Made by a program: the position numbers and the translations under genes. The notes below the pieces were generated by a model. The model ran no database searches. It was not told the origin of the DNA and saw only the letters and a program-made list of their open reading frames with translations. Below, one piece after another: positions 8,339 through 16,125 of a DNA stretch of 20,000 nucleotides; position 1 is the first letter of the stretch; every line of letters starts with the position of its first letter. Origin of the DNA: an uncultured virus (IMG/VR IMGVR_UViG_3300003410_000004) (Duplodnaviria; Heunggongvirae; Uroviricota; Caudoviricetes); the IMG/VR virus record IMGVR_UViG_3300003410_000004. The stretch is one strand, 5' to 3'.

Positions 8339-8593
8339 ATGAATTTGAACGATATGATGAAACTTGCAGAGCGTGGACATGAGTTCATTCGTTACATGAA
8401 AGACTTCTACTGTTTAGATGCTGACGGTATCTATGCTGAAGAGTTCCAGTTCACTGAAGAAGAAATCGTTGACGGTATGAACGAATACTTCAAGAGCGAA
8501 CAAGTAATGAAAGATATTATGAAGTACGGTGCTGACACTGTTGATCGTGAAGCAGTCCGTGATATTATTTTGACAATGCGAGGTGAAGTATAA
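8339..8593 (+). CDS. Hypothetical acidic early protein (ATG 8339 preferred over TTG 8321)
   Basis: GAGAGAGAG RBS upstream of ATG 8339; D/E-rich ORF ending DTVDREAVRDII. Confidence 0.75.
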   Translation: MNLNDMMKLAERGHEFIRYMKDFYCLDADGIYAEEFQFTEEEIVDGMNEYFKSEQVMKDIMKYGADTVDREAVRDIILTMRGEV

Positions 8594-8922
8594 TGATGTA
8601 CGTTGTAACTACTACTGCGCTTGAGAACTATGGCGCACACTGTGAGTCTGGTAAGTTTGCTGATGGTAAAGCATACTGGAAGTTTAAGTCTGGTACAGAC
8701 TACATCGTGGAAGGGTTAGACCGTCCACAAGACGCAATGGCGTTTGTCGCCGCTCTTGGTATCGAGAACGGTATCGGTTGGAAAGAGTTCCCTGCAGAGG
8801 TGTTAACCTACGAAGAGTGGGAAAGTCAGTTCAATGACGATGAGTGGGGTCGTGAGTACAAAGAGTTCAAACTTGAGTACATGAAGCGAGTCAACCCATT
8901 TGAGATGATGGAGGCGGCATGA
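8593..8922 (+). CDS. Hypothetical phage protein
   Basis: 109 aa, TAATG coupling, GAGGTG RBS; ENYGAH...YWKFKSG motif. Confidence 0.75.
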   Translation: MMYVVTTTALENYGAHCESGKFADGKAYWKFKSGTDYIVEGLDRPQDAMAFVAALGIENGIGWKEFPAEVLTYEEWESQFNDDEWGREYKEFKLEYMKRVNPFEMMEAA

Positions 8923-9026
8923 TGTTAGATTATATCGCTGTTCGGTTAGCACAAGCATTCTTGCTATGTGCGCTGTTCCTTGGTCTGATTGACTTGGTTT
9001 ATTATTGCCTTGACTTATTGCGGTAA
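8919..9026 (+). CDS. Small single-TM peptide; absent from the ORF track
   Basis: MMLDYIAVRLAQAFLLCALFLGLIDLVYYCLDLLR* (35 aa), GGAGG RBS, ATGA overlap with the upstream stop. Confidence 0.55.
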   Translation: MMLDYIAVRLAQAFLLCALFLGLIDLVYYCLDLLR

Positions 9027-9038
9027 CTAGTCTATACT
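9010..9038 (+). promoter_or_regulatory. Sigma70-type promoter
   Basis: TTGACT 9010-9015, 17 bp, TATACT 9033-9038. Confidence 0.75.
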
Positions 9039-9064
9039 GTGAATAAATGATGAGAGGAGTTGTT

Positions 9065-9280
9065 ATGAATATGAATGACATGTTAGACATCTACAACGAA
9101 ATGAGTCTGGTACGTTCTGTTTTGAACATGCCAGAAGTTCGTTCTATTGCTAACGAAGAAGTCTATCGTATGGTAGATCAACGTTGTGTTAAACTTGCAG
9201 GTGAAATCGCTGAGTATGAAGCGATGGTTGATGAACTTGCAATGCGCTTTGAAGGAGATATTGCGAATGTCAAAGGTTAA
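9065..9280 (+). CDS. Hypothetical helical protein (ATG 9065 preferred)
   Basis: GAGGAG RBS at 9054-9059. Confidence 0.7.
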   Translation: MNMNDMLDIYNEMSLVRSVLNMPEVRSIANEEVYRMVDQRCVKLAGEIAEYEAMVDELAMRFEGDIANVKG

Positions 9281-9464
9281 GTCTGCGTATTGGGATGAGA
9301 TCAATTCTATGGAATATGATCAAGAACCTGACCCAGAGGTTCCAGAAAATCCCTCTTTCGTGTCCTATGTCAATCAATTGATTGATGATTGCCGCCCTCC
9401 TATTGACTATCAGGCATACATAGATTACTGTCGGCAGATGGAGCGTGAAGCGAATGAAGGTTGA
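9267..9464 (+). CDS. Hypothetical acidic protein (ATG 9267 preferred)
   Basis: AGGAG RBS upstream; MSKVKSAYWDE... Confidence 0.65.
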   Translation: MSKVKSAYWDEINSMEYDQEPDPEVPENPSFVSYVNQLIDDCRPPIDYQAYIDYCRQMEREANEG

Positions 9465-9660
9465 AGAACTGTACGGTTTTGTCCGTACCCATTTCGAGGG
9501 TGACAGTTATCACGATATCGTGAGTAATGTGATACTGTCTATGAAGCGTGAGAAACCGTCTCTATATGAGAAGTACGGTTTGTCAATGGTAAAGGATGCA
9601 GTGTACCAAATGCAAAAGAATGGTACATCTGATTTATTGGGAAACTACTATGAAAATTGA
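9454..9660 (+). CDS. Hypothetical protein
   Basis: Tiles between neighbours with short overlaps; GGAG upstream. Confidence 0.6.
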   Translation: MKVEELYGFVRTHFEGDSYHDIVSNVILSMKREKPSLYEKYGLSMVKDAVYQMQKNGTSDLLGNYYEN

Positions 9661-9880
9661 ACTCTATTCAAAAGAGAACTGTAAGTATTGTGAGATGTCT
9701 GCGAGGGCATTAGAGCAAGCAGGATTTGAATTCACCACTAAAAAACTTGATGTGGATTTTGATCGTGAATTTGTAGTGAATAATTTTCCCACTGCAAGAA
9801 CATTTCCTATTGTTGTAATCAATGGGGAGATGCTTGGTGGATTCCAAGAATTATCGTTAATGTTAGAAAGGATTAAGTAA
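9650..9880 (+). CDS. Glutaredoxin (NrdC/NrdH-like RNR reductant)
   Basis: MKIELYSKENCKYC (CxxC), ARTFPIV (cis-Pro), LGGFQEL; start at ATG 9650. Confidence 0.92.
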   Translation: MKIELYSKENCKYCEMSARALEQAGFEFTTKKLDVDFDREFVVNNFPTARTFPIVVINGEMLGGFQELSLMLERIK

Positions 9881-10128
9881 TGGATCGTGAAACTATGGTA
9901 GAGCAGTTGCGTAGCAAGGTTTGTACTGTTACGTTTACTAAAGTGAATGGTGAAGAGCGTGTGATGGAATGTACTCTGATGGATAGTGCTATCCCTGAGT
10001 CTAAGCGTCCTAAAGACGACTCAAATGGTGTACAGCGCACCATCAATGTAATCTCTGCGTTTGATGTTCGCAAAGCAGATTGGCGTTCATTCCGCGTAGA
10101 AAATGTAAAAGAGTTCGTATGTCCATAA
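9880..10128 (+). CDS. WYL_2/DUF2693-like SH3 beta-barrel protein
   Basis: VTFTKVNGEERVMECTL...FDVRKADWRSFRVENV signature, recalled as widespread in T4-like phages. Confidence 0.8.
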   Translation: MDRETMVEQLRSKVCTVTFTKVNGEERVMECTLMDSAIPESKRPKDDSNGVQRTINVISAFDVRKADWRSFRVENVKEFVCP

Positions 10129-10844
10129 AGATTGGTTGGACACCATGTGGTAATGATTGGGATGGTTCGTTATCTGTTAACGAACTGTTCCATGAAACTC
10201 CAGAATTACTGAAGGTGTCTGAGTTAGTTGATGGTGATGCTAAGTATTGTCCATCAATTCGCGAATTTTATAAGAATGTATATGCTGTTCGTATGCCTTG
10301 GACAGTTGTGGTTGCTTTTAGTGAATCGGGAACTCCATATTTCGATTTATCTAAATCACTACATAAAGTCGCAATCGATGAGAATATCCAAGTTGAGAAG
10401 ACTCCTAATGGTGGATATTCTATACAGATAATGCTTAATAACATGTTTGTGTCTGACACCAAAGGTGTTGTGTTGGAAAACATGCCTCCCATTCTTCATC
10501 GGGTGCGAGAAGAAATTCAATACTTAAATGGCGCATTAGATATCTACAGTTGGCAGAGATCACTACATTTTGGGTTCCACATACCTAAACAGGTTGTAGA
10601 TGATTGCGCTTCAAATGAATTATCACTTGAATTTAAGAAAGGAGATGTGGTACAATACTTCCGTGTGAGAACTCCAAACAACGAATCGACTAATCTAGTC
10701 ACTCTTGGAGAGAAGAGTCTTCCCACACTAAGTCGTTATGCAAAAAGATGTGAACTGAGTACAAGGTACTTTAAAGCATTTAGTTTGAAAGAGGTGTTTA
10801 ATCGTGTCGCGAACCGTAGACCGAAAAAGTTCATTAAAGACTGA
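10119..10844 (+). CDS. Hypothetical beta-rich protein (KYCP...Y..RMPW family, possibly DUF6065-related)
   Basis: ATG 10119; KYCPSIREFYKNVYAVRMPW, LDIYSWQR, FKKGDVVQY. Confidence 0.6.
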   Translation: MSIKIGWTPCGNDWDGSLSVNELFHETPELLKVSELVDGDAKYCPSIREFYKNVYAVRMPWTVVVAFSESGTPYFDLSKSLHKVAIDENIQVEKTPNGGYSIQIMLNNMFVSDTKGVVLENMPPILHRVREEIQYLNGALDIYSWQRSLHFGFHIPKQVVDDCASNELSLEFKKGDVVQYFRVRTPNNESTNLVTLGEKSLPTLSRYAKRCELSTRYFKAFSLKEVFNRVANRRPKKFIKD

Positions 10845-11352
10845 TCCTGTCTCAAAGAAGAGACTATCAGATTTAGAGAAACGTCTATTGAATGATTGTG
10901 GTCATTTAGTAGTCAAAGCGAAGTATAAGAGTAATTTACTCAAGACTCGCACAGATGGCACTAAAGTGTACATGTATGAGAAAGTGGGTAAAGACTACAC
11001 CATTTTCGCTGATGGTAACTATGTCATGCGTGATATTACTGATGTAAAGCAGAAGTGGATCATGCCTGACATATCAGCATATACCAAACCAAAGCGTTCT
11101 GATGTTCATCGTAGTATGGAAATCGACATTATGGAATTAATTGAGACTGTCGAGAAACCCACACGAAGAGCAATCATGAAGCAATTTCGCCTTGACAAAG
11201 CGAACAAAGAAGAGTATAGTGAGATTAAGAACCTGTCACCTGCACTGAAGCGTAGGATTGATACTCTGATTGAGGGTAGATTCTTGGAAGAAGAGTTTAT
11301 TCCTAAATATAAGAGAAAGGTTCTCGTAAAGAGCAAATTCAAATATGTGTAA
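10804..11352 (+). CDS. Basic hypothetical protein with a possible C-terminal winged-helix domain
   Basis: GTG start 7 nt after GAGGTG; EIDIMELIE..KPTRRAIMKQF...LKRRIDTLIEGRFLEEE pattern. Confidence 0.6.
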   Translation: MSRTVDRKSSLKTDPVSKKRLSDLEKRLLNDCGHLVVKAKYKSNLLKTRTDGTKVYMYEKVGKDYTIFADGNYVMRDITDVKQKWIMPDISAYTKPKRSDVHRSMEIDIMELIETVEKPTRRAIMKQFRLDKANKEEYSEIKNLSPALKRRIDTLIEGRFLEEEFIPKYKRKVLVKSKFKYV

Positions 11353-11361
11353 GGAGATGCA

Positions 11362-11553
11362 ATGTCGCCAATTGATCACACTATCCTAGCGTTACTCTGG
11401 TCTGCAGGTATCGCAATTATCTTTTACATGAAAGGTAAGAGAGCAGTAGTTGAGAATATCGTAGAGGGTGTCCTCAATGAACTTAAAGAACAGAAATTTA
11501 TCAAAACTAAAATAGTCGATGGTGAGGAAGAATTAATCCGTCATCCAGACTAA
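11362..11553 (+). CDS. Small protein with N-terminal TM helix
   Basis: AAGGAG RBS; ILALLWSAGIAIIFY hydrophobic run. Confidence 0.75.
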   Translation: MSPIDHTILALLWSAGIAIIFYMKGKRAVVENIVEGVLNELKEQKFIKTKIVDGEEELIRHPD

Positions 11554-11568
11554 ACAAAAGGTTATATT

Positions 11569-12429
11569 ATGGCAATCCTAGTTGACTTGAACCAAACGAT
11601 GATATCAAATCTCATGCAGAATCTTCAGGGTTCAAGTGAGATTGATCCAGAACTTGTGCGCCACATGGTGTTCAATTCCCTACGCTCATACAAAAAGAAG
11701 TTCGGAGCAAAGTATGGGGAACTGATCATTTGTTGTGATAACAAGAACTATTGGCGCAAGCAAGAATTCCCTTACTACAAAGCATCACGAAAGAAAGATC
11801 GAGAGAAGTCTGATTACGATTGGTCTGCAATCTTTGAGACTCTGAACAGTATTCGTGATGATATCAAACAACATGCACCATACCTAGTGATCGAGGTACA
11901 ACACGCTGAAGCAGATGATGTTATTGGTGCAATCATTCGCGAAGTCAAAGGTGGTGCATTAGTCACCGACTCAGAGCAATATCTAATTATCTCTGGAGAC
12001 AAAGACTTCCAACAACTGCAACAGTATCCGCAAGTAGACCAATACTCACCGATTATGAGTAAGTTCCTGAAGTGTGCTAACCCTATCGGTTACTTGCGTG
12101 AGCATATTATTAAAGGAGATCGAGGTGACGGTGTACCAAACGCACTCAGCGATGACGATGTATTTGTTAATGGAGGACGCCAAAAACCAGTTAGCAGTAA
12201 AAAACTCGCTGAATGGATCAAAACAGACGAAATCCCCCCCGAAATCAACCCAGATAAATATAGAAGAAATCAACGATTAGTTGATCTGACTCAAATGCCA
12301 GATGAGATATATAATCAGGTAGTTGAGCAATTCCAACAGCGTGATGTGAAGGGTACAAAGCGAACCCTGATGGATTATTTCATCCAAAATCGTATGAGAC
12401 TTTTACTTGAATGCATTGAAGAATTTTAA
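11569..12429 (+). CDS. rnh: T4-type RNase H (5'-3' exonuclease, FEN/PIN fold)
   Basis: ILVDLNQ, CCD..NYWRK..FPYYKASRK, AEADDVIG, ISGDKDFQQL, IIKGDRGDGVPN, RNQRLVDL. Confidence 0.95.
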   Translation: MAILVDLNQTMISNLMQNLQGSSEIDPELVRHMVFNSLRSYKKKFGAKYGELIICCDNKNYWRKQEFPYYKASRKKDREKSDYDWSAIFETLNSIRDDIKQHAPYLVIEVQHAEADDVIGAIIREVKGGALVTDSEQYLIISGDKDFQQLQQYPQVDQYSPIMSKFLKCANPIGYLREHIIKGDRGDGVPNALSDDDVFVNGGRQKPVSSKKLAEWIKTDEIPPEINPDKYRRNQRLVDLTQMPDEIYNQVVEQFQQRDVKGTKRTLMDYFIQNRMRLLLECIEEF

Positions 12430-12446
12430 TCTGGAGAACTTTAATA

Positions 12447-12923
12447 ATGCGCCAAAACATCTATGAATTTTTGAAGAGTGTGAATGACGCCAAATCAAAA
12501 GCGGAGCGAGTTCGTATGTTACAATCATACGATGTACGTCCTGTTAAGAATATCCTCGCAATGAACTTTGATAAGAACATTGAATTTGATCTACCAGAAG
12601 GTGCGCCTCCATTCAAGCGTGACACCAACGAACCTATGGGTATGTCAAATACCGATCTGTTCAATGAGGGTAGACGCCTTGCTCGATGCTTGAAAACTGA
12701 TCCTATTGATAAGTTGCGTAAAGAAGCGATGTTCATCCAGATTCTAGAGGGTTTGCACTATACAGAAGCAGACTTGGTAGTTGCCGCAAAGGATAAGAAC
12801 CTACACTCAATGTTCCCTAACATTGATCGTGAGATTGTCCGTAAAGCGTTCCCTACTCTGCTGACTGATATGAAACCAAATCAGTATACCAAAGACCAAG
12901 AGCGTTTCCAGAAAGATGACTGA
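12447..12923 (+). CDS. Conserved T4-like phage protein (DUF6433-like), typically next to rnh
   Basis: IYEFLKSV..AKSKAERV, NFDKNIEFDLPEGAPPF, LRKEAMFIQILEGLH..EADLVVAAKDK. Confidence 0.75.
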   Translation: MRQNIYEFLKSVNDAKSKAERVRMLQSYDVRPVKNILAMNFDKNIEFDLPEGAPPFKRDTNEPMGMSNTDLFNEGRRLARCLKTDPIDKLRKEAMFIQILEGLHYTEADLVVAAKDKNLHSMFPNIDREIVRKAFPTLLTDMKPNQYTKDQERFQKDD

Positions 12924-13089
12924 ACAAGTTCGTTTCACCGCTACAGTAGAGCATGATCCAGAAACTGGAGAGATGGTTCTACCATTAGAACCTGAAATCC
13001 TAGACCAATTAGGGTGGGGTACTGATGATGTGTTGAAATGGACTGACAACGGTGATGGTACGTTCACTATCACAAAAGTGGATAAATAG
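12916..13089 (+). CDS. AbrB/MazE/SpoVT-like DNA-binding protein; absent from the ORF track
   Basis: MTEQVRFTATVEHDPETGEMVLPLEPEILDQLGWGTDDVLKWTDNGDGTFTITKVDK* (57 aa), swapped-hairpin pattern. Confidence 0.8.
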   Translation: MTEQVRFTATVEHDPETGEMVLPLEPEILDQLGWGTDDVLKWTDNGDGTFTITKVDK

Positions 13090-13093
13090 TGCT

Positions 13094-13447
13094 ATGACTG
13101 AACAAAAACTCACTCCAGAACAAAGTCTTGAGTTCCTCAAGAAACGCACAGTAACGGTTACTCGTGAGAGTGATGGTTCCACTCGTGTGGCAGAAGTGCG
13201 CAGACACCCATCTCGTGGGTTGGAAACCCTTGACGGTACAGAGATTACACTGTATTATGTTGATCAATCTGTACAGGAGGGTGAGTTGAGATTTCCATTG
13301 ACCCTTCAGTATATTGAAGGAGAAACTTGGACATCAGAGATTGATGGTGAATCGTGGAGTACCACGTTTCGTATTCCAGAACCTCTATTAATCAATGAGT
13401 ATATTTCTCGCACAAAGGTTGAAAATTCAAAAAAGGTGAAATACTAA
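13094..13447 (+). CDS. Hypothetical protein (ATG 13094 preferred)
   Basis: Starts 4 nt after the AbrB-like stop; 117 aa. Confidence 0.65.
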   Translation: MTEQKLTPEQSLEFLKKRTVTVTRESDGSTRVAEVRRHPSRGLETLDGTEITLYYVDQSVQEGELRFPLTLQYIEGETWTSEIDGESWSTTFRIPEPLLINEYISRTKVENSKKVKY

Positions 13448-13617
13448 TGGGAAGAACAAGTAAAGAAAGTGAAGAAGAGCGCAAGCGCAGAGAATTCTAC
13501 GAAACTTATGCTAGAGCATTAGAAGCAACTGGTGGAGAAGAAGTGGATTCTCTCACATTTCGCAAGAAAATGCGCGAACTAAACGATAAAAAACCACTTA
13601 ATCCTAAAAATGATTGA
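13447..13617 (+). CDS. Small charged hypothetical protein; absent from the ORF track
   Basis: MGRTSKESEEERKRREFYETYARALEATGGEEVDSLTFRKKMRELNDKKPLNPKND* (56 aa); TAATG coupling, AGGTG RBS. Confidence 0.65.
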   Translation: MGRTSKESEEERKRREFYETYARALEATGGEEVDSLTFRKKMRELNDKKPLNPKND

Positions 13618-13681
13618 TGTATACACAGGACTGCTACTCGTCTTAGCAGTCCTTCTTTATTTCTGCAAAGACGATTTCTAA
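13610..13681 (+). CDS. Possible 23-aa hydrophobic micropeptide
   Basis: MIDVYTGLLLVLAVLLYFCKDDF*; overlaps the upstream stop and spans a hairpin; no clear RBS. Confidence 0.3.
   Translation: MIDVYTGLLLVLAVLLYFCKDDF
13627..13663 (+). terminator. Putative intrinsic terminator
   Basis: Perfect 10-bp stem AGGACTGCTA (13627-13636) / TAGCAGTCCT (13644-13653), 7-nt loop, followed by TCTTTATTTC. Confidence 0.65.
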
Positions 13682-13696
13682 AGAGAACCTTATATT

Positions 13697-13888
13697 ATGA
13701 AAGTCAAAATTGAATTAGACCTCACCCCAGAAGAAGCAAAAGAACTATTCATACCGTCAGATAAGCAATCTGAATTCGGTATGATGTTATATAATGCATA
13801 CACAAAAGCAGTAACTGATACTGTTTGGCAACACGTTGATCCTCATAATTTTACAGGAATGAACAAAAATGCGCGTGAAGATCGGTAA
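13697..13888 (+). CDS. DUF6489-like small protein
   Basis: MKVKIELDLTPEEAKELF.P.D N-terminal signature. Confidence 0.6.
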   Translation: MKVKIELDLTPEEAKELFIPSDKQSEFGMMLYNAYTKAVTDTVWQHVDPHNFTGMNKNAREDR

Positions 13889-14474
13889 ATACCCAAGTCG
13901 ATTTACTTGTAGAATCCACACAAACTATATGAACGAAAAGTATAGTTTTTTGGATTGGACTGCAAAGCAGAATTGGTATGAGAACTTTCTTGAAAAAGTA
14001 GAAGACACTATCCAGTGGGTGTATGACCACACAGTCAACATAATCATTGACAACTTAAATCAGAAGGTCAACGTTCATATTGACCATTGGGATACTTGGT
14101 CAATGGATCATACCTTAGCACCTATCATCCTACCAATGCTCAAGCAATTGAGAGACAACAAACACGGTTCGCCGATGGTTGATGATGAAGATGTTCCAGA
14201 AGAACTGCGCAGTAAATTTGACCCATATTCCAGAACACCAGACTTATTTGCTGATACGATTGAGTATGATATAGCAGAAAAATGTCACGATGCTCTAATC
14301 CATGAGAAGTGGGATTGGGTTATGAATGAGATGATCTATGCGTTTAATTGTAAAGCGAATAAAGATGATGTGTATATGCGCATTGAAGATCAAGATGAAA
14401 TGAGAAAAGAACAAGAACGCATTTCAAATGGATTCCGTCTGTTCGGTAAGTATTACGAAGGGTTGTGGGATTAA
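13869..14474 (+). CDS. Conserved hypothetical phage protein
   Basis: IDHWDTWSMDHTLAPIILPMLKQL, WDWVMNEMIYAF, RISNGFRLFGKYYEGLWD. Confidence 0.8.
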   Translation: MRVKIGKYPSRFTCRIHTNYMNEKYSFLDWTAKQNWYENFLEKVEDTIQWVYDHTVNIIIDNLNQKVNVHIDHWDTWSMDHTLAPIILPMLKQLRDNKHGSPMVDDEDVPEELRSKFDPYSRTPDLFADTIEYDIAEKCHDALIHEKWDWVMNEMIYAFNCKANKDDVYMRIEDQDEMRKEQERISNGFRLFGKYYEGLWD

Positions 14475-14677
14475 TGAAGTGGTTAGACCTCATCACAAAG
14501 ACTCCTGAACAGCGCATGATCGAGAATCTTGAAGCGCAGATGCTAAGTGGTATAGAAACCATGAAGGGTGCGCAAGAAACTATCGAATTTCAATCAAAAA
14601 CCATCGCTGAATTAACACTACATATCCTAGAATTACAACGAAAAATTAAGGAACTTCAGGATGACCAAGATAGTTGA
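14474..14677 (+). CDS. Small coiled-coil protein
   Basis: TAATG coupling at 14472-14476; heptad pattern. Confidence 0.65.
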   Translation: MKWLDLITKTPEQRMIENLEAQMLSGIETMKGAQETIEFQSKTIAELTLHILELQRKIKELQDDQDS

Positions 14678-15035
14678 CTTGTCAACACGCCGTAATAATA
14701 CCCCTGAGACGCCCTCAGACGCCCTACAAGACGCGAACTACGATAAGGTGGATGAACTCCAGTACTCGTGGGGAAAAGTCTTTATGGACATGCTAGATGA
14801 AGCGGAAATCGGAGACAATTCTGAGGAATTCTGGAGAATCTACGCACTATTTGGAGAGACATTCCGCGCACTACTTTGCTATGACCAAAATTTACAACAT
14901 CCATTCCATGATCTCGCTGAGAAAATGATTGATGTTGAGTTTGAGAATGATGATGCAATCATCTATTATAAAGATGTACACCTATATGTGAGTGAGTTCC
15001 CCCTAATCGATGAAGACGGCAATACATCTATTTGA
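14661..15035 (+). CDS. Hypothetical acidic protein
   Basis: 124 aa, AAGGA RBS. Confidence 0.7.
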   Translation: MTKIVDLSTRRNNTPETPSDALQDANYDKVDELQYSWGKVFMDMLDEAEIGDNSEEFWRIYALFGETFRALLCYDQNLQHPFHDLAEKMIDVEFENDDAIIYYKDVHLYVSEFPLIDEDGNTSI

Positions 15036-15627
15036 TCTCAATGACACACTATGTGAGTATTGGGAGAAAGAATTACATGATGACACCAAAGAGTGGTTGA
15101 TCAACTTCTCTAAAAAGCATCCAATCAGCATAATCTCAGGGGGTTCTGTACAGAGTATCCTTACTAAGATAGGTGATGTGAAGCATCACTGTGGTATGGT
15201 TCTTGGATACTCTGGTATGGAAGTCATGACTGCTAATGACTACGTTGCACCAAAGCAGATTGAGTTTCCTAACGATCTCATTGAGTATATTCTTGACTGG
15301 CACGAAGGTGTTGAGGTTACAGAGAATACTACTACCCTCTATATCCCCAAAATCAAAGGGGAAACACGCAAGAAACTGGTGAAAGACCTAAATAACGATT
15401 TCCCAGAGTTCGATACCGTCTACGACAACAGAGACTACGGTATCACTGTTCAAGCATTCAATAAGTCTTTCGCACTACCCTACTTCAAGACTCGCGTGGT
15501 GTTTTACACTGACGGTACAAATCGATACACATTCGATAACCAAGCGTGTAAAGCGTTCAAGAGAGCAGGACATACGATAGTTCCTGTCAATGAACCTTGC
15601 GACTTCATTAGAAAAATACAATCATAA
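15010..15627 (+). CDS. Degenerate HAD-superfamily (phosphomannomutase-like, class IIB) protein
   Basis: IHLFDLNDTL (motif I, DxN), ISIISGG (II), FNKSFAL (III Lys), VFYTDG....D (IV), ending VPVNEPCD. Confidence 0.55.
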   Translation: MKTAIHLFDLNDTLCEYWEKELHDDTKEWLINFSKKHPISIISGGSVQSILTKIGDVKHHCGMVLGYSGMEVMTANDYVAPKQIEFPNDLIEYILDWHEGVEVTENTTTLYIPKIKGETRKKLVKDLNNDFPEFDTVYDNRDYGITVQAFNKSFALPYFKTRVVFYTDGTNRYTFDNQACKAFKRAGHTIVPVNEPCDFIRKIQS

Positions 15628-15632
15628 AAGTG

Positions 15633-15660
15633 TTGACCTTTCCGATCATTGTGGTATTAT
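15633..15660 (+). promoter_or_regulatory. Sigma70-type promoter with extended -10
   Basis: AAAAGTG-TTGACC 15633-15638, 16 bp, TGG-TATTAT 15655-15660. Confidence 0.65.
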
Positions 15661-15686
15661 TACTATGTTGATTGAGAGAGGTTTTT

Positions 15687-15788
15687 ATGGAATACACACA
15701 AAATTACTACGATGTGATTCTTCTTGGTGGCGTATTGGTCGCCGCTGTTGTTTATCTTGCAATGAAAGGTAATTTGAGAAAGTGGTAA
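15687..15788 (+). CDS. Small single-TM peptide; absent from the ORF track
   Basis: MEYTQNYYDVILLGGVLVAAVVYLAMKGNLRKW* (33 aa), GAGAGG RBS, first ORF after the promoter. Confidence 0.65.
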   Translation: MEYTQNYYDVILLGGVLVAAVVYLAMKGNLRKW

Positions 15789-15925
15789 AATTGCACACCA
15801 AGACAATGATTATATGGGATGACTTGTTCGTCCAGTTATACGTTGGTGGTCAAGATAAGTGGAACATTCTTCCTGAGTGGGAGAATCGCGTCAAGAAGAT
15901 GAAGAAATATAAAGGTGAATTATGA
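15782..15925 (+). CDS. Small hypothetical protein (start GTG 15782 or ATG 15806)
   Basis: ...MIIWDDLFVQLYVGGQDKWNILPEWENRVKKMKKYKGEL*; ATGA overlap with the next gene. Confidence 0.45.
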   Translation: MVKLHTKTMIIWDDLFVQLYVGGQDKWNILPEWENRVKKMKKYKGEL

Positions 15926-16125
15926 TTGATATGCTGAAAGAGATCACTGGTACAGTTGGTGAATTCCGTTACCCTGAGAATGTCTACTATGTGCGTGGTG
16001 ATCGTCTAGTAGCATTCTACCCTGAAGGTAACCCTGATGGGTTTGTCATCTATAAGAAACCTATGCGTTTCAGTAAAAAAGGTCGTAAGTTTGAAACACT
16101 CGCGAAAGGATTAAAATCATTATGA
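15922..16125 (+). CDS. Hypothetical protein
   Basis: AGGTG RBS; LKEIT...YKKPMRFSKKGRKF. Confidence 0.7.
   Translation: MIDMLKEITGTVGEFRYPENVYYVRGDRLVAFYPEGNPDGFVIYKKPMRFSKKGRKFETLAKGLKSL

Noticed and set aside
14708..14734. Short repeat AGACGCCCT twice plus AGACGC
   Set aside because: Short, within a low-complexity N-terminal linker; plausible by slippage or chance.
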